A program made the translations under genes and the position numbers. From Syntrophales bacterium (GTDB lineage: Bacteria; Desulfobacterota; Syntrophia; Syntrophales; PHBD01), in NCBI GenBank assembly GCA_963668175.1, contig OY764159.1, positions 4,288,001-4,352,000 of the forward strand: a stretch of DNA of 64,000 nucleotides, in the 5' to 3' direction. Below are positions 1-10,636 of the stretch, in pieces. How positions within the stretch are numbered: the stretch's first letter is position 1; the number at the start of each line of letters is the position of its first letter. The notes below the pieces were generated by a model that saw only the letters and a list, made by a program, of their open reading frames with translations, was not told the origin of the DNA and did no database searches.

Positions 1-513
1 TCTCCCGGAAAGCAATTTCAGAAATTTTATCTCTGAAGCAAAATAAACGGCGTCGTCCGTCCTATAGATATACAGAGGTTTTTCGGCAAAGCGGTCTCGA
101 GAGAGAAAGAGTGTCCCGTCTTTTTGATTGTAAATCGCAAACGCCCACATACCCTCAAAGAATTCAACGCACCGCGTTCCGTATTCCATATAAGCGCGCA
201 ACAGCACTTCCGTATCCGATGTCGTGTTAAATTTTACGCCCTTCTTCTCCAGTTCATCCTTTATTTCCACATAATTGTATATTTCGCCGTTATAGACGAC
301 AGCATAGTCGCCTATCACAAAAGGCTGATTGGATCGCACATCCAGGTCGATAATACTTAGTCGGGCATGCAGAAGCGCTACATTCATTCCATCGCGACCG
401 AACGACATGAACTGTCGGCTGTCCGGCCCTCGATTCTTCATGATATCGAGAGTCTTGAAAACGCGGGCTTCATCAATCTTAGCTTTGCCTATATATCCTG
501 CAATTCCACACAT
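1..513 (-). CDS. asnB: asparagine synthase-like (class II glutamine) amidotransferase, N-terminal part; runs off the left edge
   Basis: Not in the ORF track; translated by hand from ATG at 513: MCGIAGYIG...NRGPD...HARLSIID...YNGEIYNY...SDTEV...RDRFAEKPLY...FASEIK (Ntn Cys2 and AsnB motifs). Confidence 0.92.
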   Translation of the reverse strand, partial: MCGIAGYIGKAKIDEARVFKTLDIMKNRGPDSRQFMSFGRDGMNVALLHARLSIIDLDVRSNQPFVIGDYAVVYNGEIYNYVEIKDELEKKGVKFNTTSDTEVLLRAYMEYGTRCVEFFEGMWAFAIYNQKDGTLFLSRDRFAEKPLYIYRTDDAVYFASEIKFLKLLSGR

Positions 514-521
514 ATCGTAAT

Positions 522-1427
522 CTACACTATCGCTATTCGTTTAAGATAAAACAGGTCCGTATCGATATCATTATCGCCGTCGATTGCCGTTGGGCAACAG
601 ATGATACCGAAGTTCTTGAGAACGGATATGACGTTTTCATTGAAGCAGTATTCCATACCCTCGGGATACGAATAATGCTTTGTCTCAATATCAGCTCTTG
701 CTTTTATCAACTCCAGACTTCGCGCTATTTCTTCTACCAGGCCGTCGCCGCTGAGAAACCCCAGATTCTGATGCCTGTGCGTGTGCCCTCCAATAGTGAA
801 GAGCTTGTGTTCACTCAATTCCCTCACTTGATTCCAGTTCATCTTCAGGTCGATCGGTTCATTGCTGGTTTCAATTCCCTCCATCTCACATTGCGCGAAT
901 ATCAGCTTTACCAACTCCTCTGTATCTATAGATGCATCACGCTTCACATACTGCCTCAGATATTCGAGAAACAAAATTTTTTCCTTCACGGAATCCAACC
1001 GAAACGGCTTTGCTTCCCATGGAAGCAAGACGACTTTATTTTCGACGTGCTCACAGCAGAACTCTATCCTGTCGATCCACGACATATGATTGTTCTCGAT
1101 AAAATCAGTAGTTATATAAAATATCGCCGGAATATTGAATTTCTCGAGAATCGGCGCAGCCACTTCATAGTTGTTATGGAATCCGTCGTCGAACGTGATT
1201 ATGAATGCCCTCGGAGGAAAGGGTTCCCTGTTGTTGATATGCCGAACGGCGTCCTCAATGCTTAAAGCCGTCCCCGCGCCGCTGACTGCTTGCAACACGT
1301 TGACGAAATAGTCCTTCGATATGTGCTTACGATTATAATTTCTGACTTGGTAGTCAACATCGTCTACAACCCCGTGGCAGAGGAAAATAGCTAATGTATC
1401 TTCCTTCAATCTATCTGCAAAATTCAC
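522..1427 (-). CDS. polysaccharide deacetylase (NodB/CE4 family)
   Basis: ITFDDG, GGHTHRH and YSYPEG motifs. Start set to GTG 1427, which overlaps the upstream stop (GTGA); the ORF extends to 1466. Confidence 0.85.
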   Translation of the reverse strand: MNFADRLKEDTLAIFLCHGVVDDVDYQVRNYNRKHISKDYFVNVLQAVSGAGTALSIEDAVRHINNREPFPPRAFIITFDDGFHNNYEVAAPILEKFNIPAIFYITTDFIENNHMSWIDRIEFCCEHVENKVVLLPWEAKPFRLDSVKEKILFLEYLRQYVKRDASIDTEELVKLIFAQCEMEGIETSNEPIDLKMNWNQVRELSEHKLFTIGGHTHRHQNLGFLSGDGLVEEIARSLELIKARADIETKHYSYPEGMEYCFNENVISVLKNFGIICCPTAIDGDNDIDTDLFYLKRIAIV

Positions 1428-2140
1428 GCAATACCCGCCGTATAATTTCTGAATTTTCTCACGCAAATATCTTTAAGTGAAGACGGCATAAACGAATAAT
1501 ATCTCCCTTTCGCGCGCTGGGGAGTCGAAATGAAGCGTCCGAAGCGACTGAACATGTCGAGGGCCGACAGAACGAGCATGATACAGGCTTCTGTATTGAA
1601 TCTTCGTAATTCGTAAAGTTGCATATCCTTACGCAGCTCAACGGGCGACTGGAGGATGATCTCTCCGTCGTCGAGGCTTGCATTCACTCTGTGCAGCGTA
1701 CAGACGATACTTGAATAATCGTCATGATAGACGGACCATAAATGCGAGTCCAATCCCCTGTACCCCTCGGGATCGCCGCCATGGAGGTTTATCGTTCCTT
1801 CGGGACATATCGATAAAATGTCTTTCTTCAGCAAGCCTGTTCCAAAAACGACGATCACGTCCGGATCGACAGATTTGATATGCTCAACCGCAGGAACGCT
1901 GTTAACGGATCCGATCTGAAACGTTTTCGCGAAATCTTTAATAAGTTTTTTCTGTTTACCGAAAAAATGATCCTCTTCATAGGTCTCACGGATCACTTCA
2001 AACTCATGCCTTACCTCAAAATTTGGCGCATGGACATCCGTCTCCAAGACCACGTTCGCAAGCTCGTGCTTTTCCGATAACTTCTTCACGAAATAAGCGT
2101 GATGCAGCGTTTCCGTCGTGAGAACGACAATTTTCATCAT
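1424..2140 (-). CDS. sugar N-formyltransferase (formyl-THF dependent family)
   Basis: INLHGGDPEGYRG and LDDGEII motifs of the Fmt/PurN-like fold; ATGA overlap with the neuB-like gene. Confidence 0.8.
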   Translation of the reverse strand: MMKIVVLTTETLHHAYFVKKLSEKHELANVVLETDVHAPNFEVRHEFEVIRETYEEDHFFGKQKKLIKDFAKTFQIGSVNSVPAVEHIKSVDPDVIVVFGTGLLKKDILSICPEGTINLHGGDPEGYRGLDSHLWSVYHDDYSSIVCTLHRVNASLDDGEIILQSPVELRKDMQLYELRRFNTEACIMLVLSALDMFSRFGRFISTPQRAKGRYYSFMPSSLKDICVRKFRNYTAGIA

Positions 2141-3159
2141 TCAATTTCCCCGAGGTCCGCCAAACGGATCTGTTCCCCTTTACTGATGGGCCTCTTGGCT
2201 CGCCGGCCAATTACCAACGCTTCCCGCCCCGGCGGTAAACCGCCCCCGGGCCGGACCCACGTTATGTCCTCAATGGTTATCTCTTTTCCTTTCGGCACGT
2301 TATGCTTCGCCACGATCGATCTGCGGACTTGATCCATGATGTCCAACTCGGACAGTTGCGGTTTTTTAACGCCGGAACCCAGCATAATCCGTGCTTCCCT
2401 TATTTTCCTGACCAAAAGGGACATCTCAGCCGGGTCCGCGGAAATCTGGTGATCACGAAACGAAGAATAGTTCTTGTCTATCGTGAAATGCTTTTCAACG
2501 ATTCTGGCGCCTAATGCGACCGACAGCAAGGCTGCGTCGATGCCCATCGTATGATCCGAATAGCCTATATGGCACGCCTTAAATTCTTTCTTCAACTGCG
2601 TGATGGCGGCTAAATTCGCCTCCTCCGGATTCACCGGGTAACTTGTAACGCAATGCAGAATCGCCAATTCCTGTTCTATCCTTTTTTTGCGCCAAATATC
2701 CCGCACAAATTGTTCCGCACGCTTCAGCACGGGAATATCGGCGAGCCCGCTGGAAATAATCATCGGCTTTCCCGTTGCTGCAATTTCCGCGAGGAGAGGA
2801 TAAAAAGTATTATCACCCGAGGCTACTTTGAATACGGAAACATACTTATTTAAATATGACGCGCTCTCCAGATCGAAGGCTGTCGATATGAACAATAAGC
2901 CTTCGTCCTGGGCTATCCGGCTTAATGTCCTGAATTGATTTTCCTTGAATTCAAACGATCTCAGACGGTCGTATCTTTCCTTGTTGCTCTTGCTGACATA
3001 ATATTGTGTTTTGAATGCCTGAAACTTGACCGCGTTCGCACCTGCTTCCCTGGCAAGTACAATCAGCTTCTTGGCCAGCGAGAAGTCTCCTTCGTGGTTG
3101 TTCCCTATTTCGGCGACAACCAGTATTTCCTTATCCAGATCGAAATCGGCGATTTTCAT
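2137..3159 (-). CDS. neuB: nonulosonic acid (N-acetylneuraminate-family) synthase, NeuB/SpsE/PseI-like
   Basis: AEIGNNHEGD, VKFQ, HCVTSYP, GYSDHT, EKHFT, DHQIS motifs and a C-terminal SAF domain (RRSIVA...RPGGG). Confidence 0.93.
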   Translation of the reverse strand: MKIADFDLDKEILVVAEIGNNHEGDFSLAKKLIVLAREAGANAVKFQAFKTQYYVSKSNKERYDRLRSFEFKENQFRTLSRIAQDEGLLFISTAFDLESASYLNKYVSVFKVASGDNTFYPLLAEIAATGKPMIISSGLADIPVLKRAEQFVRDIWRKKRIEQELAILHCVTSYPVNPEEANLAAITQLKKEFKACHIGYSDHTMGIDAALLSVALGARIVEKHFTIDKNYSSFRDHQISADPAEMSLLVRKIREARIMLGSGVKKPQLSELDIMDQVRRSIVAKHNVPKGKEITIEDITWVRPGGGLPPGREALVIGRRAKRPISKGEQIRLADLGEIE

Positions 3160-3168
3160 TTTTCCAGC

Positions 3169-3894
3169 TCAATTCATATAATGAAAGACATACTGCGAAC
3201 TTACATATCTGAACCCGATATTCTCATAAAACCTTATGGATTTCGCATTGACAAGCTGCGTTCCCACGCGGATTGTCCGGAAATCGCCGCAATGACTTCC
3301 CGCGAAGTCGATCATATCACGCGCCATTCCCCGTTCCCGATGCGCTTTATCCACGGCTATCAGATCGATGACAAGCTGATGGTCGTTTCCTTTGATCAAT
3401 TGAAGAAAACCCGTCATCTCTTTGCCGTTTTCCGCAACGACCATGAAGTCCCCGCGGCGTCCCCGGAAATAGTTTCTCGCCCATTCGCCCTTGATTCGGT
3501 TCGCCGTAGTGTCAGAGATATTCTCATCCCGATGAAATCGGCTGAGCGTAAACGCACTCTCTGCGATCCTTGCCACGGCATCTTCGTCGTCACTTCCCGC
3601 GAATCTGCTCATCTGAAGCGAAACTTCGCCATGGCTCAACGATATTTTTTTCTCGAATACGACGTTTGTATCGACAAGATAGAAACCGCTGTCATTCAGG
3701 AAACCAATACCGTTCAGGTCATCACATGAAACCTTGGAATACAGGAACACTCGGCTTCGTTGCAGATCTTTCAAGCTTTTTGGGCCGGTCCCACCTGTAA
3801 AGGCGCTGTCGAGGATCACGGCATAGACGTCATGCCCGAAGATGCCCGACAGCCATTCGTCTTTGATAATATTTTTCCCGGGTGTTTTCGTCAT
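3169..3894 (-). CDS. GNAT N-acetyltransferase, WecD (dTDP-fucosamine acetyltransferase)-like
   Basis: SRFHRD, IDLIAV...RERGMA, VGTQLVNAKSIRFYENIGF. Start set to ATG 3894 (ORF extends to 3939). Confidence 0.82.
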   Translation of the reverse strand: MTKTPGKNIIKDEWLSGIFGHDVYAVILDSAFTGGTGPKSLKDLQRSRVFLYSKVSCDDLNGIGFLNDSGFYLVDTNVVFEKKISLSHGEVSLQMSRFAGSDDEDAVARIAESAFTLSRFHRDENISDTTANRIKGEWARNYFRGRRGDFMVVAENGKEMTGFLQLIKGNDHQLVIDLIAVDKAHRERGMARDMIDFAGSHCGDFRTIRVGTQLVNAKSIRFYENIGFRYVSSQYVFHYMN

Positions 3895-3898
3895 TAAT

Positions 3899-4906
3899 TT
3901 AGGACGTGAGGGACCTGTACCAGTCGACGTATCCGTCAACGCCTTTCTCTATGGGAAACTTCGGATCGTAACCCAGCATCTTCTTCGCCTTATCCACCGA
4001 CAGGGTTCCGCGATCAGGCATAAGATTGTCTTTCGGCACATAATTGACTTTGATCTCCGGGAAGTGTTCCGTAATAATGGAAGCAAGTTCACCGATGGAA
4101 CGCGATTCGCCGTATGTCAGGTTGAATATTTGATTTCTTGAATTTTCATTTTCTATTACTTTGGTCACGCCTTGGGCCAGATCTTCGATATACGTAAAAT
4201 CCAACCGGTCGGAACCGTCGCCGTTGACGGTTATACCCTTGCCCTGTATGGCATTTTCGATAAAGATCTGAATGATCCGGCGGCTTACGCAACGTTCGCC
4301 ATAAAGAGCGGAAGGCCGGATGATCGTATAGGGCAGTTTAAAAACCTGATTATAGGCGATGACCAGCTTTTCCCCGCCGAGCTTGAGGGCGCCATAGATA
4401 CCGAGCGGTTCACAATACGTCTCCTCTGTGACGAAGCCTCCCTTGAAGTGCCCGTAAACCATGCTTGACGAAAAATAGATAAAATGCTCAACGTTATCCC
4501 TTGAACAATCCAGCGCATTTTCAAGCGTCCTGAAGCTGTGATCAAACGTGCTGTATGGATCTTTGTTTGAGATGTTCGCGTGCGCAACGGCGGCCAAGTG
4601 AACGACCGTCTGCGGCTTCAGCTTTACGATCAGGTCCGTCAACATGTAATAGTCCCGGGCATCGTGTATATAGATCGGAATATCGGCCCGCTCGAGCAAC
4701 TCTACCCTTTGGTGCAGAATTTTCATATACAGCTTATAATTCGGCTCCTTATTATGCGCCGACCGGAAGGAAAGGAAATTGTTGACGTGCAATCCGTCAA
4801 TAATCGATACTTCCGCCCCGTGTTTTTTTAATTCAAGAGCCAGATTATGACCTATAAAACCTGCCCCCCCTATTAACAATACTCTTCTTCCTTTTAAAGG
4901 GATCAT
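3899..4906 (-). CDS. NAD-dependent epimerase/dehydratase (extended SDR)
   Basis: GGAGFIG Rossmann motif, HLAA, SSS, catalytic YGALK, RLDFTYIED. Confidence 0.92.
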   Translation of the reverse strand: MIPLKGRRVLLIGGAGFIGHNLALELKKHGAEVSIIDGLHVNNFLSFRSAHNKEPNYKLYMKILHQRVELLERADIPIYIHDARDYYMLTDLIVKLKPQTVVHLAAVAHANISNKDPYSTFDHSFRTLENALDCSRDNVEHFIYFSSSMVYGHFKGGFVTEETYCEPLGIYGALKLGGEKLVIAYNQVFKLPYTIIRPSALYGERCVSRRIIQIFIENAIQGKGITVNGDGSDRLDFTYIEDLAQGVTKVIENENSRNQIFNLTYGESRSIGELASIITEHFPEIKVNYVPKDNLMPDRGTLSVDKAKKMLGYDPKFPIEKGVDGYVDWYRSLTS

Positions 4907-6052
4907 CTATTTGACCTCCAATATAGCACTTTTTATATTTTTAACGATGTATACCATATCATCAATATCAAGATGGGGACCAACGGGCAGTGCAATGGAG
5001 TTTTCGCTGATCCGGGTCGCCACAGGATACGATGAATCCTCATAACCATATTTCTCTTTATAATAGGAGAGTTTTGGCACGGCCCGGGGATAATAGACGC
5101 TTGTCCCAACCCCGTTCTTCTTGAGATATTCCACAATCTCAAATCTCTTGGGTGCCAGAGAATCCTTCAACAGGATCGACATGCAATAGTAACTGCTTCT
5201 GTATTCGTCATGACTTGACCGGAAAAGGTCAATCTCATCAATCTCCTGAAAACCGCTCTCAAGATATTCGTAATTCTCTTTCCTTTTCGCCAGAAAACCA
5301 TCTATTTTTTTCAATTGCTGTGTGCCCAGCACCGCCTCGATTTCATTCATGCGGTAGTTGTATCCCAGCATGGTGACGTCATATACGCCCGGCACACTCC
5401 TCTCGCTCGGCGTCCGGTCGACGCCGAATGCTTTTTGCCGGGTGATCTTATCCGCCATTTCCTTGTTTTGCGTAATGAGCATTCCTCCTTCGGCGGTCGT
5501 CATGTGCTTAACCGGATAGAATGAGAAACATCCCGCGTCGCCCAATATGCCGGCATGAACACCCTTGAAGTATGTGCCTATGGCGAGCGCACAATCTTCC
5601 ACCACAAACAGGCCGTATTTTTTTGCAACGGCATTAACCTTGTCCATGTTAACCGGCATCCCCAGATAGTGGACTACCGATAGCGCCTTCGTTCGATCCG
5701 TTATAAACGTTTCTATCTGATCCGTGTCGATGTTCCCCGTTTCCTGTTCCGCATCGACAAAAACAGGTTTTGCTCCGCATAATTCGACGGCATGGGCTGT
5801 GGCAGTATGAGTCATCGCAGGTACGACAACCTCGTCTCCCTCATGTAAGCCCATATAGAAATACGACAGATGCAGTGCGGCGGTGCACGACGATGCTGAA
5901 ACCGCGAACTTGGCGCCCGTATAGGCAGCGAATTCAACTTCAAATTCCTTGGCCCGCGGTCCATGCACCAGTATATTACCCTCCAGGACTTCTGCTACGG
6001 CCCTTTTCTCCTCATCACCAATGATTGGCCTGCCAAAGGGAATCGCTCTCAT
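4907..6052 (-). CDS. DegT/DnrJ/EryC1/StrS PLP sugar aminotransferase
   Basis: SSCTAALHL, VVEDCA, FSFYPVKHMTTAEGG (PLP Lys), GYNYRM. Confidence 0.93.
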   Translation of the reverse strand: MRAIPFGRPIIGDEEKRAVAEVLEGNILVHGPRAKEFEVEFAAYTGAKFAVSASSCTAALHLSYFYMGLHEGDEVVVPAMTHTATAHAVELCGAKPVFVDAEQETGNIDTDQIETFITDRTKALSVVHYLGMPVNMDKVNAVAKKYGLFVVEDCALAIGTYFKGVHAGILGDAGCFSFYPVKHMTTAEGGMLITQNKEMADKITRQKAFGVDRTPSERSVPGVYDVTMLGYNYRMNEIEAVLGTQQLKKIDGFLAKRKENYEYLESGFQEIDEIDLFRSSHDEYRSSYYCMSILLKDSLAPKRFEIVEYLKKNGVGTSVYYPRAVPKLSYYKEKYGYEDSSYPVATRISENSIALPVGPHLDIDDMVYIVKNIKSAILEVK

Positions 6053-6063
6053 CTTGCCTCCTA

Positions 6064-7074
6064 TTATATATATTTCACCGGCAACGATTTGCCGACTTTT
6101 GCAGATTTCTCGATGGCAAAGCAGACCGACATCGTTTTGAAGACATCGTCTTCAGATATTTCCGGTGCTCGACCTTCATGGATTGCGTCTATAAAATCCG
6201 AAAGCAGGTTGCCTTTACCTACACCCGGGTACTCACCCTGAATCAGTCTCGGAATATCCTCCGGATTCCTTGAATTATATATGATTCCTTCTTTCAGATT
6301 GTTCTCGAACGTTGCCTCCGTACCGTATATGGCAAGCTTATGGAAATGCGGATAGACACATCCGAAATTCGCCGATATCTTTCCAACGATACCGTTATCG
6401 AACTTCATGGCGGAAACAACCATGTCATTATATTTAAAATCGCTTCCTGTTGAACATATGTTATTTCCAAACGCTGCAACTTCAACGACACTCGTACCCG
6501 TCAACCAGATCAGAAGATCGATAATATGGACGCCCCCCCCGTAAACAACCGAGTAAAAATCAATTTTGCCACGCCATCCGTCTGTGATTTTGTTCAGACG
6601 CCCATAATTATAGTCACCTTCTACGTAGAACAATTTGCCCATATCACCGTTGGCGATCATGTCCTTTAGTTGGATGAATCTCGGATATTTTCTCAAGATG
6701 AGATTCGAAGAAAGCCTGATTCCGGGTTTCGCTCTAAGGGCGTTACGTATGTCCCTTGCATCCTCTTCATACAAACATAGAGGCTTTTCAACAAAGACAT
6801 GTTTATTATTTCCGACGGCCCGTATAATCTGCTCGTAATGGCAATCATCGTAGGAAGCGACAACAACTAGGTCGATCTCATCATGATCGAGGATGTCGGC
6901 GGCATTCTTTGTAATTAAAACGTCTTTATATCTTGACCTGGCCCGGACAATCTTTTCCTCATCGATATCGCAGACGCCCACCAGACGGCACTTTGGATTT
7001 CGAGACAATGCTTCCGCATGGGCTTCTCCTACGCCGAAACCGATGACACCGACTCTGATATCGCCGTTACTCAT
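6064..7074 (-). CDS. Gfo/Idh/MocA NAD(P)-dependent sugar oxidoreductase
   Basis: GVIGFGVG, HVFVEKP, GGGVHIID. Confidence 0.9.
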   Translation of the reverse strand: MSNGDIRVGVIGFGVGEAHAEALSRNPKCRLVGVCDIDEEKIVRARSRYKDVLITKNAADILDHDEIDLVVVASYDDCHYEQIIRAVGNNKHVFVEKPLCLYEEDARDIRNALRAKPGIRLSSNLILRKYPRFIQLKDMIANGDMGKLFYVEGDYNYGRLNKITDGWRGKIDFYSVVYGGGVHIIDLLIWLTGTSVVEVAAFGNNICSTGSDFKYNDMVVSAMKFDNGIVGKISANFGCVYPHFHKLAIYGTEATFENNLKEGIIYNSRNPEDIPRLIQGEYPGVGKGNLLSDFIDAIHEGRAPEISEDDVFKTMSVCFAIEKSAKVGKSLPVKYI

Positions 7075-7763
7075 TCTCTGCCGGATAATGCATCATAGAG
7101 CTTCAGAATTTCTGCCAGATGATACGACCAGTGCGGCCTGTCCATCTGCGATATCAATTCGTCGAATAATTTCATGTCTTCTTCCGTGTCAATCGACAGT
7201 TGCATGCCGGACCGGTCTTCATTCGACAGCATATTGAATATCTTGAATTCATCTGCGTTTTGGTAAAAGAACCGCGTAACATGCTCCATGTCATCCTTCG
7301 TCACGATTCTCTCTGCTGTATCCTTAAAGGTTTTACTATTGACCACTTCGACGGATTGCCCCTTGGGATACGATCTCGGAAACACATTGGTCACTAAATC
7401 ATAGCTGCCCTCGTTAAATATCTCCATTCCCTCTTCTATCAGGTCGCTGTCGATGAGCGGACTGTCGCCGTTTACACGGACAAAAGCGTCCATCGGATAT
7501 TGATTCAAGGCGCCGCAGAATCTGCCCACGACATTATCCAGACTGCCCCGATAACATTCTATTCGATGTTGTCTGCAAAATTTCTCTATAAGATCATCTT
7601 GACCGTCTTTCGAAGTGCTTACGACTATCTGCTTTAGATTCGCTGTTCTCTGTAATTTTTCGATGATATACATCAGCATCGGCTTCCCGTTAACGTTGCG
7701 GAGTACTTTACCGGGACATCTTTGCGAGCTCATTCGAGCCTGGATAATCGCGCCAACGTCCAT
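7071..7763 (-). CDS. SpsF-type cytidylyltransferase (CMP-ulosonate synthetase family), copy 3
   Basis: IIQARMSSQRCPGKVL, RGSLDNV, RVNGDSP, EHVT, SIDTEED. Start set to ATG 7763. Confidence 0.9.
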   Translation of the reverse strand: MDVGAIIQARMSSQRCPGKVLRNVNGKPMLMYIIEKLQRTANLKQIVVSTSKDGQDDLIEKFCRQHRIECYRGSLDNVVGRFCGALNQYPMDAFVRVNGDSPLIDSDLIEEGMEIFNEGSYDLVTNVFPRSYPKGQSVEVVNSKTFKDTAERIVTKDDMEHVTRFFYQNADEFKIFNMLSNEDRSGMQLSIDTEEDMKLFDELISQMDRPHWSYHLAEILKLYDALSGRE

Positions 7764-7833
7764 CAGGGGATTTCGCAACCTGTTTTCGTAACATCTATAA
7801 CATTGCATTTGCAGATGTTGTCTTTATTGATAT

Positions 7834-9756
7834 TCATTCTTCCCACAAATTATCCGTCATTTGAAAGAATTCTTCGTTGATATGATTCTTTTCGATATAT
7901 CGACTCACTGAGAATTTCAAAGACTCATGCACATCACTACTACACTCACACCGATCAAGATAATCATTAAAGAACTCTCCGACTCTTCTACCTGCCTCAA
8001 AATCATCGTTGAAATTAAGTCTTTTCTTCCACGAGCTCAAATCCCCTATAGACTTATCTCCCTTTTCCGCCAGGATGACGGCATCCTCTATTTCATCCAG
8101 CGTTCTATAAACTATCTTCTGTGATCTATCTTTGTAGAAAGGATGCTTCGACACCCATGAGCAGTCCCAATGTACCGATCTCCCCCCATATAACGCAGAT
8201 ATTACACCGGCTGAATTGATCCCATAACACACACAGAGATCGCTATTTCTTGAAGCCACCATCGGCAGAACACTGTAATCAAGTGCAACCAATCTCTTCT
8301 CTTTAATCAGAGTATTCATTCGATTTACTATCTGCCGTCCTTCTGGCAGATAGGATAGTTCTTCGATATTCTGACCCTTACATTTCGCGACGGCTCCCCA
8401 GTGCGGATTTGCATCCAATATATCCAAAATTCTTAAATAGAATCTCGACAAGCTCGCAGGCGTCTGGTGCAAATGATTCGCTACGCTGGAATCGAATATC
8501 GTGAATACAAAATCGAGACCTTTCAGTCCACTATCATTAAGAAAACCGTTATTCTTCGGCGTTATCCATACCCCGGAAGGCAAGACGTAATTACACGTAT
8601 TATAGCCTGAATTTATAACATCATGGAATAACTTTCCCCACACGAAGAAAACATGGAATGGAAAAAGATGAATTGGCGTAAGAACAACATGATAGCTCGA
8701 CCAATGAAAGCCGACGGAAATACCTCCAACGGCTTCAATTGCATTCCTTTGTACTTCCTGTTTCCAGGATACGTCCTGATGCTGAATAAATATTTTCACC
8801 TTATACCGCGAAAACAGCATTTTATAGATGTGCAGCCAGTATTCGTATTGAAAGTGAAGCAGTCTTAGAAATAGAGGCGACCCTTTGTGATGAAATTCGA
8901 TGCACCGGATAAAAATATTTCTTATCGACCCCCATCTGAACGCTACCGAATTGAGGTTTGCAGCATGTCCGCCATCAATCCATCCGATGTTATCATATTT
9001 CTCCTCTATTTCTTTCAATACTTTGCTATTTGGAGGCGAATCCGGTCTATCAAGATAGCAGACGCAATCGTATTTTCCTCTATCTAAGTATTTCATCCAA
9101 AAAAAGAAATCTACATTATCACCGGCTGCGTATTCAACCCATACGGATGGCCTGATCGCCTTGATATTTGTTTTGACCTCCTTTTTTGAAATCCTTGTCA
9201 AAAATACGCGTAGCGAATAATATATGGGTACGAGGAATAATCTCAAGTGCTTCAGATTAAATGACTCTTTTACAAGAAAACCCTTTTCCTTCCAAAAATC
9301 CTTCATCGCAATATTATGAGGATCTTTTTCAAAAATGATGATATTCGTTTGATCGTTAATCTGATCTCTTGTGTTATGATCCACTATGGTGGCGAATCGC
9401 GCTCTTCTTTGAAGATTCGCAGTCAAATAGCATTTGATCATATTCTGATAACCTGACGTCTTATCGTTTAAATACGTCTTGCAGAACTCCTCAAGAAATT
9501 TTCTCATATTCGCATCTAATTGATAATATAAGCTGCACCCGGAGCCATCCTTCATATCGCGCAAGAACGGCTCGCACGAGAAATACTTATCTTGATTGTA
9601 TCTTTTCAAAATGGAGAGGGTTTTTTTAGCAATTCGTGTTACCAGAAGCATATCGTAATAAATAATCGTATTTCTTTTCATCATCACGGATAGCAGTGAA
9701 AGCATCAAACGGACGATACCGAGTCTCTCTATCCAGATTGTCTGTCTCTTCGCCAA
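7834..9756 (-). CDS. 640-aa glycan-biosynthesis protein with a probable C-terminal GT-B-like domain
   Basis: Long ORF inside the operon; C-terminal FFVWG and SDLCVCYGINSAG segments resemble GT-B/TagF-like proteins; family not recognised. Confidence 0.55.
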   Translation of the reverse strand: MAKRQTIWIERLGIVRLMLSLLSVMMKRNTIIYYDMLLVTRIAKKTLSILKRYNQDKYFSCEPFLRDMKDGSGCSLYYQLDANMRKFLEEFCKTYLNDKTSGYQNMIKCYLTANLQRRARFATIVDHNTRDQINDQTNIIIFEKDPHNIAMKDFWKEKGFLVKESFNLKHLRLFLVPIYYSLRVFLTRISKKEVKTNIKAIRPSVWVEYAAGDNVDFFFWMKYLDRGKYDCVCYLDRPDSPPNSKVLKEIEEKYDNIGWIDGGHAANLNSVAFRWGSIRNIFIRCIEFHHKGSPLFLRLLHFQYEYWLHIYKMLFSRYKVKIFIQHQDVSWKQEVQRNAIEAVGGISVGFHWSSYHVVLTPIHLFPFHVFFVWGKLFHDVINSGYNTCNYVLPSGVWITPKNNGFLNDSGLKGLDFVFTIFDSSVANHLHQTPASLSRFYLRILDILDANPHWGAVAKCKGQNIEELSYLPEGRQIVNRMNTLIKEKRLVALDYSVLPMVASRNSDLCVCYGINSAGVISALYGGRSVHWDCSWVSKHPFYKDRSQKIVYRTLDEIEDAVILAEKGDKSIGDLSSWKKRLNFNDDFEAGRRVGEFFNDYLDRCECSSDVHESLKFSVSRYIEKNHINEEFFQMTDNLWEE

Positions 9757-9757
9757 T

Positions 9758-10636
9758 TTAATGCGTCCCTCTTCTCGCCAAGATAATCAGCCGATCTGCT
9801 TTATTAATATCTATTCCGGTAATATCCTGGAAAGCGATTCTATAAGATAATTCGGCAAGTCTCTTCCATGGGGCTCGCTTCATACTATTCAGGGGGGCGG
9901 GAAGTAAGTCAATTGAAGTTTCCCCCGTAATTTTGATAATTTTAAAACCACTTTTCAAAAGGATGTGCTTCATCGAATTCAGAGTAGGAGCTCCCTGCAA
10001 GAAATCATTATATCTTGAGAAATACGAATTGTTATTTACATAGTACCTTGATAATCCCTGATGACATTTGATGAGCAAATATCCATCATCTTCAAGCATG
10101 TCTCTGAGTAATCCCAGGCACTGCGCCAGATTCGTAAAATAGTATATAGTCTCCAATACGGATATGATTTGATACTTCTGCCGCTTTATGACTTCAGGCA
10201 TATCATCCGGAAACATTCCGTTATATACCCGCAGTCCTTCGCTTTGAGCAAAGGTCACAGCATTCTGTTGGGGTTCAATACCAAACGATTCAAAACCGAG
10301 CCGTTCCAGGATATAACAGTAATTGCCGTCATACGCTCCGATATCCAGGGCTTTCCCAGATATTTTATCAATATTCTTCAAGATTATCCGTACGACCGGA
10401 TCGAACCCGCTAATTGCAGCCTTTGGATCTTTAAATACCTGGCCATCTTTATTTGTATAAAATGCGCCCAGATATCCACCATCGTCATCCTTATCAAAAC
10501 GCGGCCGGGGATAGAGTATGCCGCAGTCTCTACAGCAGTATATATCGCGAAGATAATCTTTCCTTCTCAGTCCGGGATTATTCTTCCGATATAAAGTCGC
10601 ATTTTCGTGATGACAGAAAGGACAGTCGTTATACAT
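9758..10636 (-). CDS. class I SAM methyltransferase with N-terminal Zn-ribbon
   Basis: CPFC...CRDC, SAM motif LDIGAYDG, GIEP. Confidence 0.87.
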   Translation of the reverse strand: MYNDCPFCHHENATLYRKNNPGLRRKDYLRDIYCCRDCGILYPRPRFDKDDDGGYLGAFYTNKDGQVFKDPKAAISGFDPVVRIILKNIDKISGKALDIGAYDGNYCYILERLGFESFGIEPQQNAVTFAQSEGLRVYNGMFPDDMPEVIKRQKYQIISVLETIYYFTNLAQCLGLLRDMLEDDGYLLIKCHQGLSRYYVNNNSYFSRYNDFLQGAPTLNSMKHILLKSGFKIIKITGETSIDLLPAPLNSMKRAPWKRLAELSYRIAFQDITGIDINKADRLIILARRGTH

